DNA from: a virus
Virus record (IMG/VR): IMGVR_UViG_3300037245_003267
Location: 5,731-69,730 of that record
DNA: 64,000 bases
Direction: 5' to 3' (one strand)
Shown here: piece after piece, positions 46,570-56,105 of the stretch
Position numbering within the stretch: the stretch's first letter is position 1
Layout: each line of letters opens with the position of its first letter
Translations under genes and position numbers: made by a program
The notes under the pieces: model-generated
What the model saw: only the letters and a program-made list of their open reading frames with translations
Databases searched by the model: none
Told to the model about the DNA's origin: nothing

Positions 46570-46991
46570 CTAAAGAGGCCCCTCTCGAGCGACACCAGGG
46601 CGCGTTCGATCGCCGACTGAACGAAGCCGGCCGGCGCCTGGGCGGAGCTCCCCTCGTTGAGGAGGACGATGTAGTGAACGTTATTCGTGATGTAAATCCG
46701 GCCCCTGATGAGCTTGTAGCTCAGCAGGCTCCCGAGGCCCTTCTTGTGCATCGATGTGTCCAGGGTTCCCGCCTCTGCCTCCTCGCGCGTGCCTGCCGTC
46801 CCTTCGTGCGACTTGCCGACCTCGGGGATCCAGTTGGCCCGCGCGAAGCCGGTGTCTACCGGCGTGCCGCCCTCGCTCGCCGCGCGGCGCAGGTTCGCCG
46901 TGATCTCGAGCATGAGACCCTTCATGCCTCGTTCGACATCCTTCTTGATGTCCTTCACGAGCAGCCGGATTTCCCTGAACTCGCGCGGCAT
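46566..46991 (-). CDS. HK97 gp10-like neck/tail completion protein
   Basis: TPVDTGFARANW; NNVHYI..LNEGSSAQAPAGFV. Confidence 0.88.
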   Translation of the reverse strand: MPREFREIRLLVKDIKKDVERGMKGLMLEITANLRRAASEGGTPVDTGFARANWIPEVGKSHEGTAGTREEAEAGTLDTSMHKKGLGSLLSYKLIRGRIYITNNVHYIVLLNEGSSAQAPAGFVQSAIERALVSLERGLFR

Positions 46992-47770
46992 CAGTCGGAT
47001 TCCTTCACCAGCACGATCTCGAACTCCGCAACGACCTGCGCCGAACTGGCCGACACGTATGTCACCCGTGCATCGATGTCCGTCTTCTCCGTGATCACGC
47101 CAGGGACCGCGGTGCTGACGAACTGCCCAGCTACCTGCTCGAGCCTCATGTTCCAGGCCGCATTGGCCACGGCATTGTCCCGGATGAAAAACGCCATCGC
47201 GGCGACGATGGTCACCGATGGGCTGTCCCGAACGACCGAGCTCCGGATCTGAGTGATGTATCCCGTGTGACCGGCCGGGATCGTATAGATCGCCATCGTG
47301 GTCTGGCCGAGGCCGGCATCGATCAGGGCAAGGTTCGTGCCGCCGCTGGCGACGCGGATCGTGATGATCCCGCTGTTCACGTGGACCGTTCCGGCCGTCA
47401 CGATCCGAGCTCGGAAGACGCGGATCCAGCTTCCGGGGATCGCCACGACCAGCTGGCCATCGAGCGTGACCGTGGCTCTCTGCATCTCCCAATTCGCGTC
47501 CAAGCCCTGAACCTCGATCGTCCACGCACCTTGGCCGGTCGCCGCATCGTCAGCCGTCGAAGCGCTGAGGACCTCGAGCGCGACGGCCGCCGCCGGCCAT
47601 GGATAGAGCCCACCGCCTGACCAGATCGATTCGGGCACGCTGCCAGTATCGACCGAGCGGTTGGCGCCGAACTTCCGGATGAAGGAGACATCCGCAACCA
47701 GACCGAGCGCGATCGCCAAGCCTGGCACGCTTCCGAATTCAGCCGTCTTTCTGTTCCAGCTGCCGGTCAT
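46991..47770 (-). CDS. Beta-rich virion-associated protein
   Basis: KFGAN...IWSGGGLYPWP...GLDANW. Confidence 0.75.
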   Translation of the reverse strand: MTGSWNRKTAEFGSVPGLAIALGLVADVSFIRKFGANRSVDTGSVPESIWSGGGLYPWPAAAVALEVLSASTADDAATGQGAWTIEVQGLDANWEMQRATVTLDGQLVVAIPGSWIRVFRARIVTAGTVHVNSGIITIRVASGGTNLALIDAGLGQTTMAIYTIPAGHTGYITQIRSSVVRDSPSVTIVAAMAFFIRDNAVANAAWNMRLEQVAGQFVSTAVPGVITEKTDIDARVTYVSASSAQVVAEFEIVLVKESD

Positions 47771-47780
47771 CGGACTCTCC

Positions 47781-49451
47781 TCACGATGACGGTGCGACGA
47801 TCGTCCGGTAGAACAACGCCAGGCGCACCGCGCCGGCCGTGAAGTCGCTGCCGTTGGCGATCAGGCGGATCTTGGCCGCGGCCGCGAGCGGGACCGACTT
47901 CACGACAGCGGACCCGACCGTGTCGGCAGCGACCGCGACCGCGGCGACCAGGGTCTCCTCGACCTCCTCGACCACCTCGAGTGCAAAGAAGCTGGTCTCA
48001 TCCGCGACAATGCTTTTGGAGGACGTTTCCCTGTTCCAGGTCTCCACCTCAAAGTAATCGCCCGGAACAACCTCCACTGGGGAGGATGAGAGGGCCCATC
48101 GGCCGTCACGAAGAGTGTCCCGAAGCTCCAAAGCCGGCGCGCCGGACACCACAGCGCCGTTCTTGTAGATATCGACACGCCCGGCTCCCATCCCAGACCC
48201 CGCCACGCCGACGATCAGCCGAACTTTGCTGATGTTGGATCCCGCCGGAATCGTGAGTCTGGAGTTGTTCGTGGCATTGTCATGAAACCCGTCCGTGTCC
48301 CAATCCTCTGCGGGATAGGGAATGATCTCATGTGCGTCCGCACCGACGACCAACGGGTCTGTCATGAGTGCGCGGCAACCTCGAAGCCTCGAAGGGGTCT
48401 TCGGCTCCTGCGAGAGGTAGTGAACATCGAAGGACGTGGCGCCCTCGATCAACGTGGTGACCCGCACGCCCACGCCGAGAAGCTCGCCACCGATCGGCAC
48501 TTCTATGATGCTGTCCTCGCTCGCGCCGGACAGGGCGGTCATCTCCTCCTCCAGGCCGATCGATCGGAGTTGGGCGCCGTTCGCCGTGCGCTCCGGGATG
48601 CTCTCGATCGCCAGGCTGTCCACGAGGTTGTCGAGGCTCGTGCGGATATCTTCGGCCGAGATTTCGCCGGTGACGTTGTCGGCGAACAGGCTCGCGATCT
48701 CTGCCTGAAGCTGCGCCTTGGTCTTGACGGTCATGTCAGCGATCTCCCAATCTTCCAGGTAGTGGTCGTAAATGCGGACGTCCTGGATGTCGCCCGTCAG
48801 GTTGCGATCGATCGCCTTCGTGGTCGTGTTGACGCGGCCGCCGATGGACCAGAGGTCTTCAACGCCGGATACCGCGAGTTCATCGATGCTGTGGGCCTCG
48901 CCATCCTTGAGAACTCCATCAACCCACAACTCGGCCCACCCATCGGTCACGCCGGCGGCGGAGCTCGGCCTGAACCGGACGATCACCGTGTGCCACTCGT
49001 CGTCTCGATAGCCCGGCTGCGGGTTGTCGTCGCGCCATTCGAGTTCGAAGCTGTCCGAGTCTGCAGCGCGGATGTAGCAGCGAAGCCAGACGATCCATGG
49101 ATTGACGTTCGCTTCCTCCCATCCGAAGAGGAGCCGTCCGCCGCCACGAGAGATGATCTCCTTCTGCGCGTCCGTGGTCGGTGCGCCTGGGAACGTCTGC
49201 GGGGTCTTGACCCGCGCGGCGAGTGAGATCTCCCCCGTGATCGTGGTGAAGACATCCTCGGGAAACTCGATCACGCTGCCGCCCTCGACGCCATCGAAGT
49301 CCAACCAGTTGCCTGCTGTCGGGCTATAGGCGCCGGAGCGCCACTGCGGCGGCGTCGTGCCACGGAGGGTCCCTACGTGTGCCGGCTTGGCAGCGTTCAC
49401 GGTTGTGGTGCCGCTGCCCTCCGGCATCGTCACGTGGAGCTTGAGAGCCAT
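47781..49451 (-). CDS. LamG/concanavalin-like domain fibre or adhesin
   Basis: LDFDG, WHTV, LWVDG, GDIQDVRIYD; C1q-like second half. Confidence 0.8.
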   Translation of the reverse strand: MALKLHVTMPEGSGTTTVNAAKPAHVGTLRGTTPPQWRSGAYSPTAGNWLDFDGVEGGSVIEFPEDVFTTITGEISLAARVKTPQTFPGAPTTDAQKEIISRGGGRLLFGWEEANVNPWIVWLRCYIRAADSDSFELEWRDDNPQPGYRDDEWHTVIVRFRPSSAAGVTDGWAELWVDGVLKDGEAHSIDELAVSGVEDLWSIGGRVNTTTKAIDRNLTGDIQDVRIYDHYLEDWEIADMTVKTKAQLQAEIASLFADNVTGEISAEDIRTSLDNLVDSLAIESIPERTANGAQLRSIGLEEEMTALSGASEDSIIEVPIGGELLGVGVRVTTLIEGATSFDVHYLSQEPKTPSRLRGCRALMTDPLVVGADAHEIIPYPAEDWDTDGFHDNATNNSRLTIPAGSNISKVRLIVGVAGSGMGAGRVDIYKNGAVVSGAPALELRDTLRDGRWALSSSPVEVVPGDYFEVETWNRETSSKSIVADETSFFALEVVEEVEETLVAAVAVAADTVGSAVVKSVPLAAAAKIRLIANGSDFTAGAVRLALFYRTIVAPSS

Positions 49452-49583
49452 GGGTCTACCCGCCTCCGTCGAACGCGCTCGAGAACGCACTTGAGAATGC
49501 ACCGGGGGCAGGACCTGTCCCGCCCCCTCGAGCAACCAGCAAGCTGTTGATCGCTGACGAGAAGAAGCTCAGAACGCGTGCCA

Positions 49584-49847
49584 TCAGATGACCGCCCAGA
49601 TGTTCAGCGCCGTCCCGCCAGACTGGATGGACTTGAACGAACCCGGGTTGATCCCCACGACGACAGGAAGGGCCGTCCGGGCCACGCCGTTCGTCATCGT
49701 GACGTTCAGCGTCCCGGCATTCTCAACGAGCAGGGCGCGGGTGTGGCCCGGCAGCGTTTTCTCGCTGTCCGGCGCCCCGGTGAACTGCTGGATGAAGTCG
49801 TTCGGAAGCGCCACAGAACGGGCATTGCTCAGAGGTCTCTTGGGCAT
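49584..49847 (-). CDS. Small head spike-base-like protein
   Basis: TRALLV..AGTLNV...GGTA..IWA. Confidence 0.65.
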   Translation of the reverse strand: MPKRPLSNARSVALPNDFIQQFTGAPDSEKTLPGHTRALLVENAGTLNVTMTNGVARTALPVVVGINPGSFKSIQSGGTALNIWAVI

Positions 49848-49850
49848 GGA

Positions 49851-50240
49851 TCACTCCTCGGGGGTCTCGCCGTCATCACCGGCGCCGGCGTCGGCTTCGG
49901 GCTGTGCCGCGGCCGCAGCCACAGTATCGGTTTCTTCCTCGGCCGGCTCCTCGGGATCCGTGGACTCCGGCTCCTCGGCGAGCGGCGGGGCCTGCCGACC
50001 GCGCGGGCCCTTCTTGGCGACCTTCTTCTTGACCACCTTCTTCTTGACCACCTTGGTCTTGGAGCCCTTGGGCCGGCCCGGGCCACGCTTCTCTTCTTCC
50101 TCGTCGTCCACGATGACCAGGAACCTGGCCTCGACCAGCTGCTGCAGCCGGCGAGGGTCCGCGCCGCCCGACGCGAACTTGGCCCCACGCGTCTGATCGA
50201 CACCGTAGAACTTGAAGGGACGGACGACCTGATATGACAT
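49851..50240 (-). CDS. AT-hook/Lys-rich protein with acidic tail
   Basis: KRGPGRPKGSK, KKKVV repeats. Confidence 0.8.
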   Translation of the reverse strand: MSYQVVRPFKFYGVDQTRGAKFASGGADPRRLQQLVEARFLVIVDDEEEEKRGPGRPKGSKTKVVKKKVVKKKVAKKGPRGRQAPPLAEEPESTDPEEPAEEETDTVAAAAAQPEADAGAGDDGETPEE

Positions 50241-50255
50241 AACGCCTCCTGAGAG

Positions 50256-50296
50256 AAAGAAAGAAGCCCCGCCCGGGCGCCAGGCCCAGGCGGGGC
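50256..50296 (-). terminator. Terminator after the major capsid gene
   Basis: GCCCCGCC/GGCGGGGC plus TTCTTTCTTT. Confidence 0.7.
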
Positions 50297-50328
50297 GGCA
50301 ACCCTGCTCTGATTCCCGAGAGCGAGGC

Positions 50329-51318
50329 CTACGACACGATGGTGTAGAACAGCACGCCGCAGTCGGCCGCGACGACCTTGTGATCGAAGGACATCTCGAT
50401 CTCGACGCGGTCCGCCTTCAGGTGGTCCATCCGGAACTTGGTGATCCGGCCACCCATGGCGCTCGAACCCATCAGGCCGGTCCACGAGAACGTGTAGCCA
50501 GCGCTGGGGATCATGATGCCCGGGGTCGGTGCCACGTAGCACAGGAGGGCGTTCTTCCCGCCGATGAAGGAGTTGGACTCGGTGAGGCCTTCCTTCGCGG
50601 CGTTGTAGATGCCCTTCATCACCAGGATCCGATCGATCTCCATCAAGGCCGCGATGGCCTGGAGGGTCACGATGGCGGGCGAACCCGGGGTCTGACCGTA
50701 TTTGATCCGGTCGAGGATGTCCGGGTGGTGCTTCAGCGCCGACCAGACGTGGTACTGGAGGATGAGCGTGTTGGGCTCGAAGCCGGTGTCCTCGAGCATC
50801 GCCCCCTTCTGCGCCTCCACGTTCTCGATCGGGTTGGATGCGGCGTCGTCCCACTGCAGCACCTGGCTGCCGGTCGGGCCCGAAGCCACGCCCTCGATGT
50901 TCGTGTCCCAGATGCCCGTGGTGAAGTACTTCGTGGCCCAATTCGCCTCGCGGCGAATCATGGCCTTCACGGAGCACAGCATGACCGCTTCGCGGTCCGG
51001 CTGCAGCGGCTCATCGGCGTTCGCACGCCTCTGATCCGGGACGTCGTGGTGGTGGTCCCACTGGTCGCAGTAGTAGCTCTCGGTCGACACCGTGTAACCG
51101 GAGCCGGAGCTCTCGGTCGCGGGCGCCCGCTTCTTCATGTCGTCCCGGTTCCACTCGGCGCGATCGTAGGTGTAATACAGATCGCTCTGCTTGGAGACCG
51201 GGACGTTCGGGAACGCGGCGTCGGCCACGAAACCCGCGGCCGCCTGCATGTAGGCGACCGACAGGGTGCTCAGCGGCCGATTGACATGAACGTCACTCGG
51301 GGTGGGCTGGGTGGGCAT
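50329..51318 (-). CDS. Major capsid protein
   Basis: HVNRPLSTLSVAY...FPNVPV; TGFEPN; PSAGYTF. Confidence 0.92.
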   Translation of the reverse strand: MPTQPTPSDVHVNRPLSTLSVAYMQAAAGFVADAAFPNVPVSKQSDLYYTYDRAEWNRDDMKKRAPATESSGSGYTVSTESYYCDQWDHHHDVPDQRRANADEPLQPDREAVMLCSVKAMIRREANWATKYFTTGIWDTNIEGVASGPTGSQVLQWDDAASNPIENVEAQKGAMLEDTGFEPNTLILQYHVWSALKHHPDILDRIKYGQTPGSPAIVTLQAIAALMEIDRILVMKGIYNAAKEGLTESNSFIGGKNALLCYVAPTPGIMIPSAGYTFSWTGLMGSSAMGGRITKFRMDHLKADRVEIEMSFDHKVVAADCGVLFYTIVS

Positions 51319-51378
51319 GATTCATTGTCCTCCGTGCTGGTTGTTGTCTCGTTGACCGAACTCGACAGATGTCGTCGC

Positions 51379-51747
51379 CTACGGGGCGACGTACTGCGAG
51401 ATCAGGACCAACTCGAAGATCTGCCCGTCCACGGCCGCCTCGTTGGCGGTGCCCCAGACTGCGTCCCCGGATCCAGCCGTCACCAGACGGCCGGTGGTGG
51501 CCTCCGGGGTGACCTTGGCGTCGACGGCGATGATGTCGCCCGCCAGCGCCTTGGTCGACCCGGCGATGACCACCCGGCCCGGGCGGCCGACCGCCGCGGG
51601 CTTGTCGGACAGAATGCCCACGCCAGACTCACCAGCACCCGCGAGGGCCAGCACGCCGCTCGACTTCTTGACGGCGCAGAACTGGTAGCTGCTGAGATCG
51701 GCACCGGCGGGCAGGCTGATCGCCTGTTCTCCCTGAACTGTTGCCAT
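51379..51747 (-). CDS. Capsid cement/decoration protein
   Basis: AGADLS...GIL.DKP...GTANEAA..G. Confidence 0.8.
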   Translation of the reverse strand: MATVQGEQAISLPAGADLSSYQFCAVKKSSGVLALAGAGESGVGILSDKPAAVGRPGRVVIAGSTKALAGDIIAVDAKVTPEATTGRLVTAGSGDAVWGTANEAAVDGQIFELVLISQYVAP

Positions 51748-51819
51748 GACTCTGCTCCTTGAAGTGTTTCTCTCGGTCAGGCTGTCATCGCCGCCGCCAC
51801 TGACGTCCCGCCGTCCGGT

Positions 51820-53235
51820 CTACCGCGTCGGGGCACCGACGTTGCGCGCCATGCGCTGCGTCTCGTGCTCCGCGTAGAGCTTCCTCCCGGCCTCGGTGTC
51901 GAGCACGTCGGAGAACGCCTTCTCGAAGCTGACGCCCTTCTTCTCGGCGAGCGCGGTCGCCATCTTGTTGAGCTCCTTCTCGGCGTCGCCCTCGGCCGCC
52001 ACGGTGGTGCCGATGCGCGTGAGCGCCGTGGCCATCTCGGTGTTCTGGGCCTTGAGGATCGCCAGCACCGCGTCGCGGTCCTCGGCCTTCTCGATGGTGC
52101 TGACCACGCGGAGGAGACGCACCTTGGCGGTGGTCTCGCCCGGGAGGGCGGCGAACTCGGTCTCGGCGCGCTTCTCGAACTCGAGCCCCTCGCGGGTCTC
52201 GCGCTCGGCCTTGGCGATCTCGCGGTCGTGATCGCGGTCCCTGGCCATCTTCACCAGGCGGGGATCGTCCGACTTGCGGAACTCGGTCCCGTCCTTGTCG
52301 GTGAAGACCACCGGGTCCTTGGCCTTGGCGAGCTCCTCGGCCTGGTCGAGGTCGCGCTTGCGCGAGTCCGCGTCGGCCTTCAGGAACGCCTCCTGGCCGG
52401 TTTCGTCGAGGCTGGCCAGGTGGGCCTTCTCGATGTCGGTCATGGCCGCCAGCGCGGTCGCAGCGACCAGGCGCTTCTCGAGATCGGCGATCTTGGTGTC
52501 CGCGTCGCTCGGGGTGGCGCCCTTCGGGGTCGGGTTGGGCATGGATCCCTCCTTGGGGTCGGGGTCTGCGTCTTGGGCGACTTCCGCCCCTGACTTGGAC
52601 AATGCGAGCTCCCCCTCGGCCGGAAGCATTGCTCCCAGCTCCAGGGCCACCGCCCGCGACGTGATGTGCTTGGCGACCTCGGCTCCCGCCTTGGTGTCAC
52701 CGTGTTCCCTGATCGCGTCCCGAAGGTCGGCCTTCGTGACGATTGCGTAGCTGCCGTCCTTGCGGGCCACGCCGGCTTCGGCCAGGCGCTTCCGCTCGTC
52801 GGGGTCGAAGGCGCGCTTCATGACGTCCTCGCGCATCAAGACCGTGAGGGTCTTCTCCTCGAGGATGCTGTGCGTGTGGCCCTCGTTCACGGCGATGGTG
52901 AGCGACCCGTCCGTGTTCCGGACCCAGGCGTGGGAGTGCCCGTATTCGCTGCCGGGGTCGCTCTCGTAGGACGTGTGGCCACCGTCCGACTGGTAGGCGT
53001 CGTCGTCGATGATGTGCTGGTGGCCACCCTCCACGCTGGTGAGCTTGACCCGCTTCGCCACGTGCGTCTCTTCGTCCTCGTCGTCGTCCTTGTCGGCCTC
53101 CGCCTCGGCGGCTTTCATGGCCTTCATGATCACCGCGGCCGCAGGCTCCTGCACCGGCACGTCGCAGATGGTCACTTCCTCGAGCACCCACTTGTCGAAG
53201 GCCACAGGCTTCTTGGCGACTGATACTCGACCCAT
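51820..53235 (-). CDS. Protease-associated/scaffold protein with internal start at 52542
   Basis: LEEVTICDVP, His repeats, coiled coil; internal AAGGAGG-ATG. Confidence 0.8.
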   Translation of the reverse strand: MGRVSVAKKPVAFDKWVLEEVTICDVPVQEPAAAVIMKAMKAAEAEADKDDDEDEETHVAKRVKLTSVEGGHQHIIDDDAYQSDGGHTSYESDPGSEYGHSHAWVRNTDGSLTIAVNEGHTHSILEEKTLTVLMREDVMKRAFDPDERKRLAEAGVARKDGSYAIVTKADLRDAIREHGDTKAGAEVAKHITSRAVALELGAMLPAEGELALSKSGAEVAQDADPDPKEGSMPNPTPKGATPSDADTKIADLEKRLVAATALAAMTDIEKAHLASLDETGQEAFLKADADSRKRDLDQAEELAKAKDPVVFTDKDGTEFRKSDDPRLVKMARDRDHDREIAKAERETREGLEFEKRAETEFAALPGETTAKVRLLRVVSTIEKAEDRDAVLAILKAQNTEMATALTRIGTTVAAEGDAEKELNKMATALAEKKGVSFEKAFSDVLDTEAGRKLYAEHETQRMARNVGAPTR

Positions 53236-53684
53236 TACGCAGCCTCCTTTGTCATCGGCTTGGTGCTGAAGAGCTTCCCGCCGATCGAGAAGGCGGCGTA
53301 TTCTCCGCTCTCGACCTTGCTCAGGATCTCCTCGCGGCAGTCCTCGTCCGGCTTCCACCCGACCATCAGCCCGGTGATCCGACTCTGCACGCCCATCGCC
53401 TTGGCGATCTCGGTGGTGAGCGGGAAGGCGAAGATCACCGTTCCGCGCTTCACCACCTCTTTCGTCTCCGGGTCCTTGCGATGCATCTCACCGCCAGTCC
53501 GCAAGGTCTCCATGAAGACCGCCGAGCCGCTGAGCATCTCATCCTCGGGGATGTGGTGCTTCTGCAGATCGATGTAGGGCTCGCCGTTCACGTTGCAGGC
53601 GATCGCCCAACCGAAGACGATCCCGAGGCCGCGATGGGCCTTGGCCACCGGGATCGACTTGGTGAAGGTCACTTCCTTGGGCAT
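53235..53684 (-). CDS. XkdF-like prohead serine protease
   Basis: VFGWA...DLQ...GEMH...FPLT...FSIGG. Confidence 0.85.
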   Translation of the reverse strand: MPKEVTFTKSIPVAKAHRGLGIVFGWAIACNVNGEPYIDLQKHHIPEDEMLSGSAVFMETLRTGGEMHRKDPETKEVVKRGTVIFAFPLTTEIAKAMGVQSRITGLMVGWKPDEDCREEILSKVESGEYAAFSIGGKLFSTKPMTKEAA

Positions 53685-53690
53685 GGTCGC

Positions 53691-54317
53691 TTAGGCGGCG
53701 ACGCCGCGCTCCACGTAGAGGATCTCGACGGTGCCGGTGACGGTCGCGACGGCGGTTCCGGTGGTGACCGGGGACGAGCCGTTCAGATAGACCTTGTTGT
53801 CCGCTGCGGCGGTCTTCGCCACGACGCCGATGGCCGCGGCCACCGCGCCCTTGACCGTGCCGGTCGCGCCCGCGCCGACGCCGTCGATCTTCTGGCAGAG
53901 GTCGTCCTCGCTCGCGTTGGAGAAGTCGGTCGACGCGGTCGGGACCGTGCCAATGGCGATGTCCAGCGATGTGAGCACGTCGGTGGCGAAGCCGGCCATG
54001 GTGACCGCCAGGTCCACGACCGCGCCCAGGATGAGGATGTTCGTGTTGGCGAAGGTGGCCAGGAGGAGATCGCCGTAGTTCTCGGTCGAGATCATTTCGA
54101 GCTCGGCGGCCGTCAGCGTGAGGATGGCACGCTTGATCGGCTGCGCCTGCTCGGTGAGCGCGACCAGCCCGGCCGTGTTCGGGGTGACGGCCGCCGCCTC
54201 CTCGACCACCGAACCGAGGATCTTCGAGCCTGACGCCAGGTCCGCGCCGGCCGCCAGCGTGCTGCCCGCTCCGATCTCGTGGTTCTCGAGCAGGGACTTC
54301 GTCTTGGACTTGTGCAT
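53691..54317 (-). CDS. Virion structural protein (beta-rich)
   Basis: GGAGGAG RBS; position in head module. Confidence 0.7.
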   Translation of the reverse strand: MHKSKTKSLLENHEIGAGSTLAAGADLASGSKILGSVVEEAAAVTPNTAGLVALTEQAQPIKRAILTLTAAELEMISTENYGDLLLATFANTNILILGAVVDLAVTMAGFATDVLTSLDIAIGTVPTASTDFSNASEDDLCQKIDGVGAGATGTVKGAVAAAIGVVAKTAAADNKVYLNGSSPVTTGTAVATVTGTVEILYVERGVAA

Positions 54318-54344
54318 CAGGCGCTCCTCCGTTGGGGGGGTGTG

Positions 54345-55322
54345 TTACGCAACGAGGTCGGCGACGGCAGCCGAAGTGCGAACGCGGGTCCCAACGGCGC
54401 AGCGGCATTCGATCACGTCTGCGGCGGGTGCGAGCTCGTCCCCTGGGTAACGCAGGTCGTTCCCCAGGCCGCTCGTAAATGGGACCCCCCATGGACGCTT
54501 CTGACCATGCATTGCCTTGTGACTCCCGCGGACTCTTTCGTCCTTCGCCGTGTTCCATTCTCGGATCAGCTGGTCGAGCGAGATGTCACCGCTGTCGATC
54601 GCCTGCTGGAAGGCCGCCTCGTTTCCTGCGTTCACCGCGTGGAGCGCTTCGGTCCTTGCGATGACCTCTGAGCGCTGCTTCAGGAGGCCTTCCCGATAGC
54701 GCGCTACCATCATCTCAATCTGATTCTCGGTCAAGGGCCTCTTCGTTACGATCGCCTGCCGAAGCGTGCGGTCGAAACGCTTATCCCGGAGCCCGCGCGT
54801 GAGCGCTTGCGCGGAGTTCGTTTCGAGCATCCTCCTAAAGTTCTCTGCTGCAAGGACTTGCTTCCGCGTCAGGCCGATGGCCCCGCGGAAGTCTCGCGCG
54901 ACCGCTCTCGGATTCCGCCCCTCGGAAATTCCCCGAATTAACGCCTCCCGCGAAGCCTGCCTCTGACGGTCGGTGAACTCCTGGATGAACCGGAGGCGGT
55001 TTTGGCGCATCCAAGCGACCGCCCGCGGGTTGCTCCCATCGAAATCAAAGGCAATTTCCACCAGGCCATCGATGAACTTCGAAACGTCCTTGGCCGACCC
55101 GATGTAGGCCGACGTGATCTCGTTGGCGAGGGTGGCCGCGGCGGCCTCCACGAGACGGATGGCCTCGTAGGGACGGCCCTCGGCGATCAGGCGCTCGATC
55201 AGCGCGATGGGGGCGGCTTCGGTGAGCTTGCGGACGATCGCGCGGAAGCGGTCGCGGACCTTTCCCTCGTAGCGATTGATGATCCGGTTGACGTCTTCTT
55301 CGCCGTATTCGACCCAGGGCAT
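54345..55322 (-). CDS. Minor head protein (SPP1 gp7/Mu F-like)
   Basis: IARTE, WNTAKDERVRGSH, YPGD, IECRC. Confidence 0.9.
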   Translation of the reverse strand: MPWVEYGEEDVNRIINRYEGKVRDRFRAIVRKLTEAAPIALIERLIAEGRPYEAIRLVEAAAATLANEITSAYIGSAKDVSKFIDGLVEIAFDFDGSNPRAVAWMRQNRLRFIQEFTDRQRQASREALIRGISEGRNPRAVARDFRGAIGLTRKQVLAAENFRRMLETNSAQALTRGLRDKRFDRTLRQAIVTKRPLTENQIEMMVARYREGLLKQRSEVIARTEALHAVNAGNEAAFQQAIDSGDISLDQLIREWNTAKDERVRGSHKAMHGQKRPWGVPFTSGLGNDLRYPGDELAPAADVIECRCAVGTRVRTSAAVADLVA

Positions 55323-55331
55323 GGAGGCCTC

Positions 55332-55703
55332 CTACGCGCGGATCTGGCAGGTGTAGGTGGCGATCGCGGGGTCGCGCTCGACCCGGACCACCCGGTAGGT
55401 CGTGCCCTCGGCCGTCAGGGAGTCGCCGGGCTTCGGGACCGTGTCGCCGAGCGGCTTGGCCAGGATCAGGGCCTTCTTGTCGCCGATCTCCGCCAGGCCG
55501 AACCCGACCTGGCGCTCGGTGTAGACGTCGATGATCCCCTCGCAGGGCACGTCCACGGTGGTTGGGTCCGTGCCAGCGAGGGGGTCGGACACGCTGCGGG
55601 TCCCCGGCGTGATGCTCTTGAGGGTCATGGAAACCAGCTGGCCAGCGAACGCGCTGCCGATCAGGTCCTGGAACTTGACGCCGAACAGGTCGTTGCTGGC
55701 CAT
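55332..55703 (-). CDS. Head closure protein
   Basis: GDKK...PKPGD...RDPA.ATY..Q.R. Confidence 0.8.
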   Translation of the reverse strand: MASNDLFGVKFQDLIGSAFAGQLVSMTLKSITPGTRSVSDPLAGTDPTTVDVPCEGIIDVYTERQVGFGLAEIGDKKALILAKPLGDTVPKPGDSLTAEGTTYRVVRVERDPAIATYTCQIRA

Positions 55704-55714
55704 GCTTGTTGTCC

Positions 55715-55873
55715 TCAGTCTTCCTCGGCGTCAAGGCTGGTGACGAGCACCCCCTTGTCATCAATCCGTGCCGGGCAGATTTCCTGGAACCACCTCTGGG
55801 CTTCAGAACGCTCCTTCTCGAGGCTTGGCCCAGGACAGAAGTGCGGGTCGTCGATGATGAATCTGTCTTCCAT
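55715..55873 (-). CDS. 52-aa mini-paralog of the TerL Walker-B region (not in ORF track)
   Basis: MEDRFIIDDPHFCPGPSLEKERSEAQRWFQEICPARIDDKGVLVTSLDAEED; TGATG coupling. Confidence 0.8.
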   Translation of the reverse strand: MEDRFIIDDPHFCPGPSLEKERSEAQRWFQEICPARIDDKGVLVTSLDAEED

Positions 55874-56097
55874 CACGCGCCCCCTTGTTCCGGCTGCTTC
55901 TCGCCCGCGGGCTCGATGGACAGGGAATGCACCTCCATCTCGATGCGAACCCTCGGAAATTCGTGGAGCCGCATCACGACTTCGGCCGAGTAGGCGACGA
56001 GCTCCACTTCGGAACCGTCCTCGAGAACAGCGAACACCGTCTGTTCTCCATGGATCGCCTTCCCGACAATCTTCGCCGTCGTGGCAAGTGGTGGCAT
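55873..56097 (-). CDS. Small beta-rich protein (paralog of neighbour)
   Basis: GGGGAG RBS; VLEDGSEVEL. Confidence 0.7.
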   Translation of the reverse strand: MPPLATTAKIVGKAIHGEQTVFAVLEDGSEVELVAYSAEVVMRLHEFPRVRIEMEVHSLSIEPAGEKQPEQGGA

Positions 56098-56105
56098 CGC
56101 TCCCC

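Noticed and set aside
33034-49451. Diversity-generating retroelement acting on tail genes
   Set aside because: No reverse transcriptase or template/variable repeat pair seen
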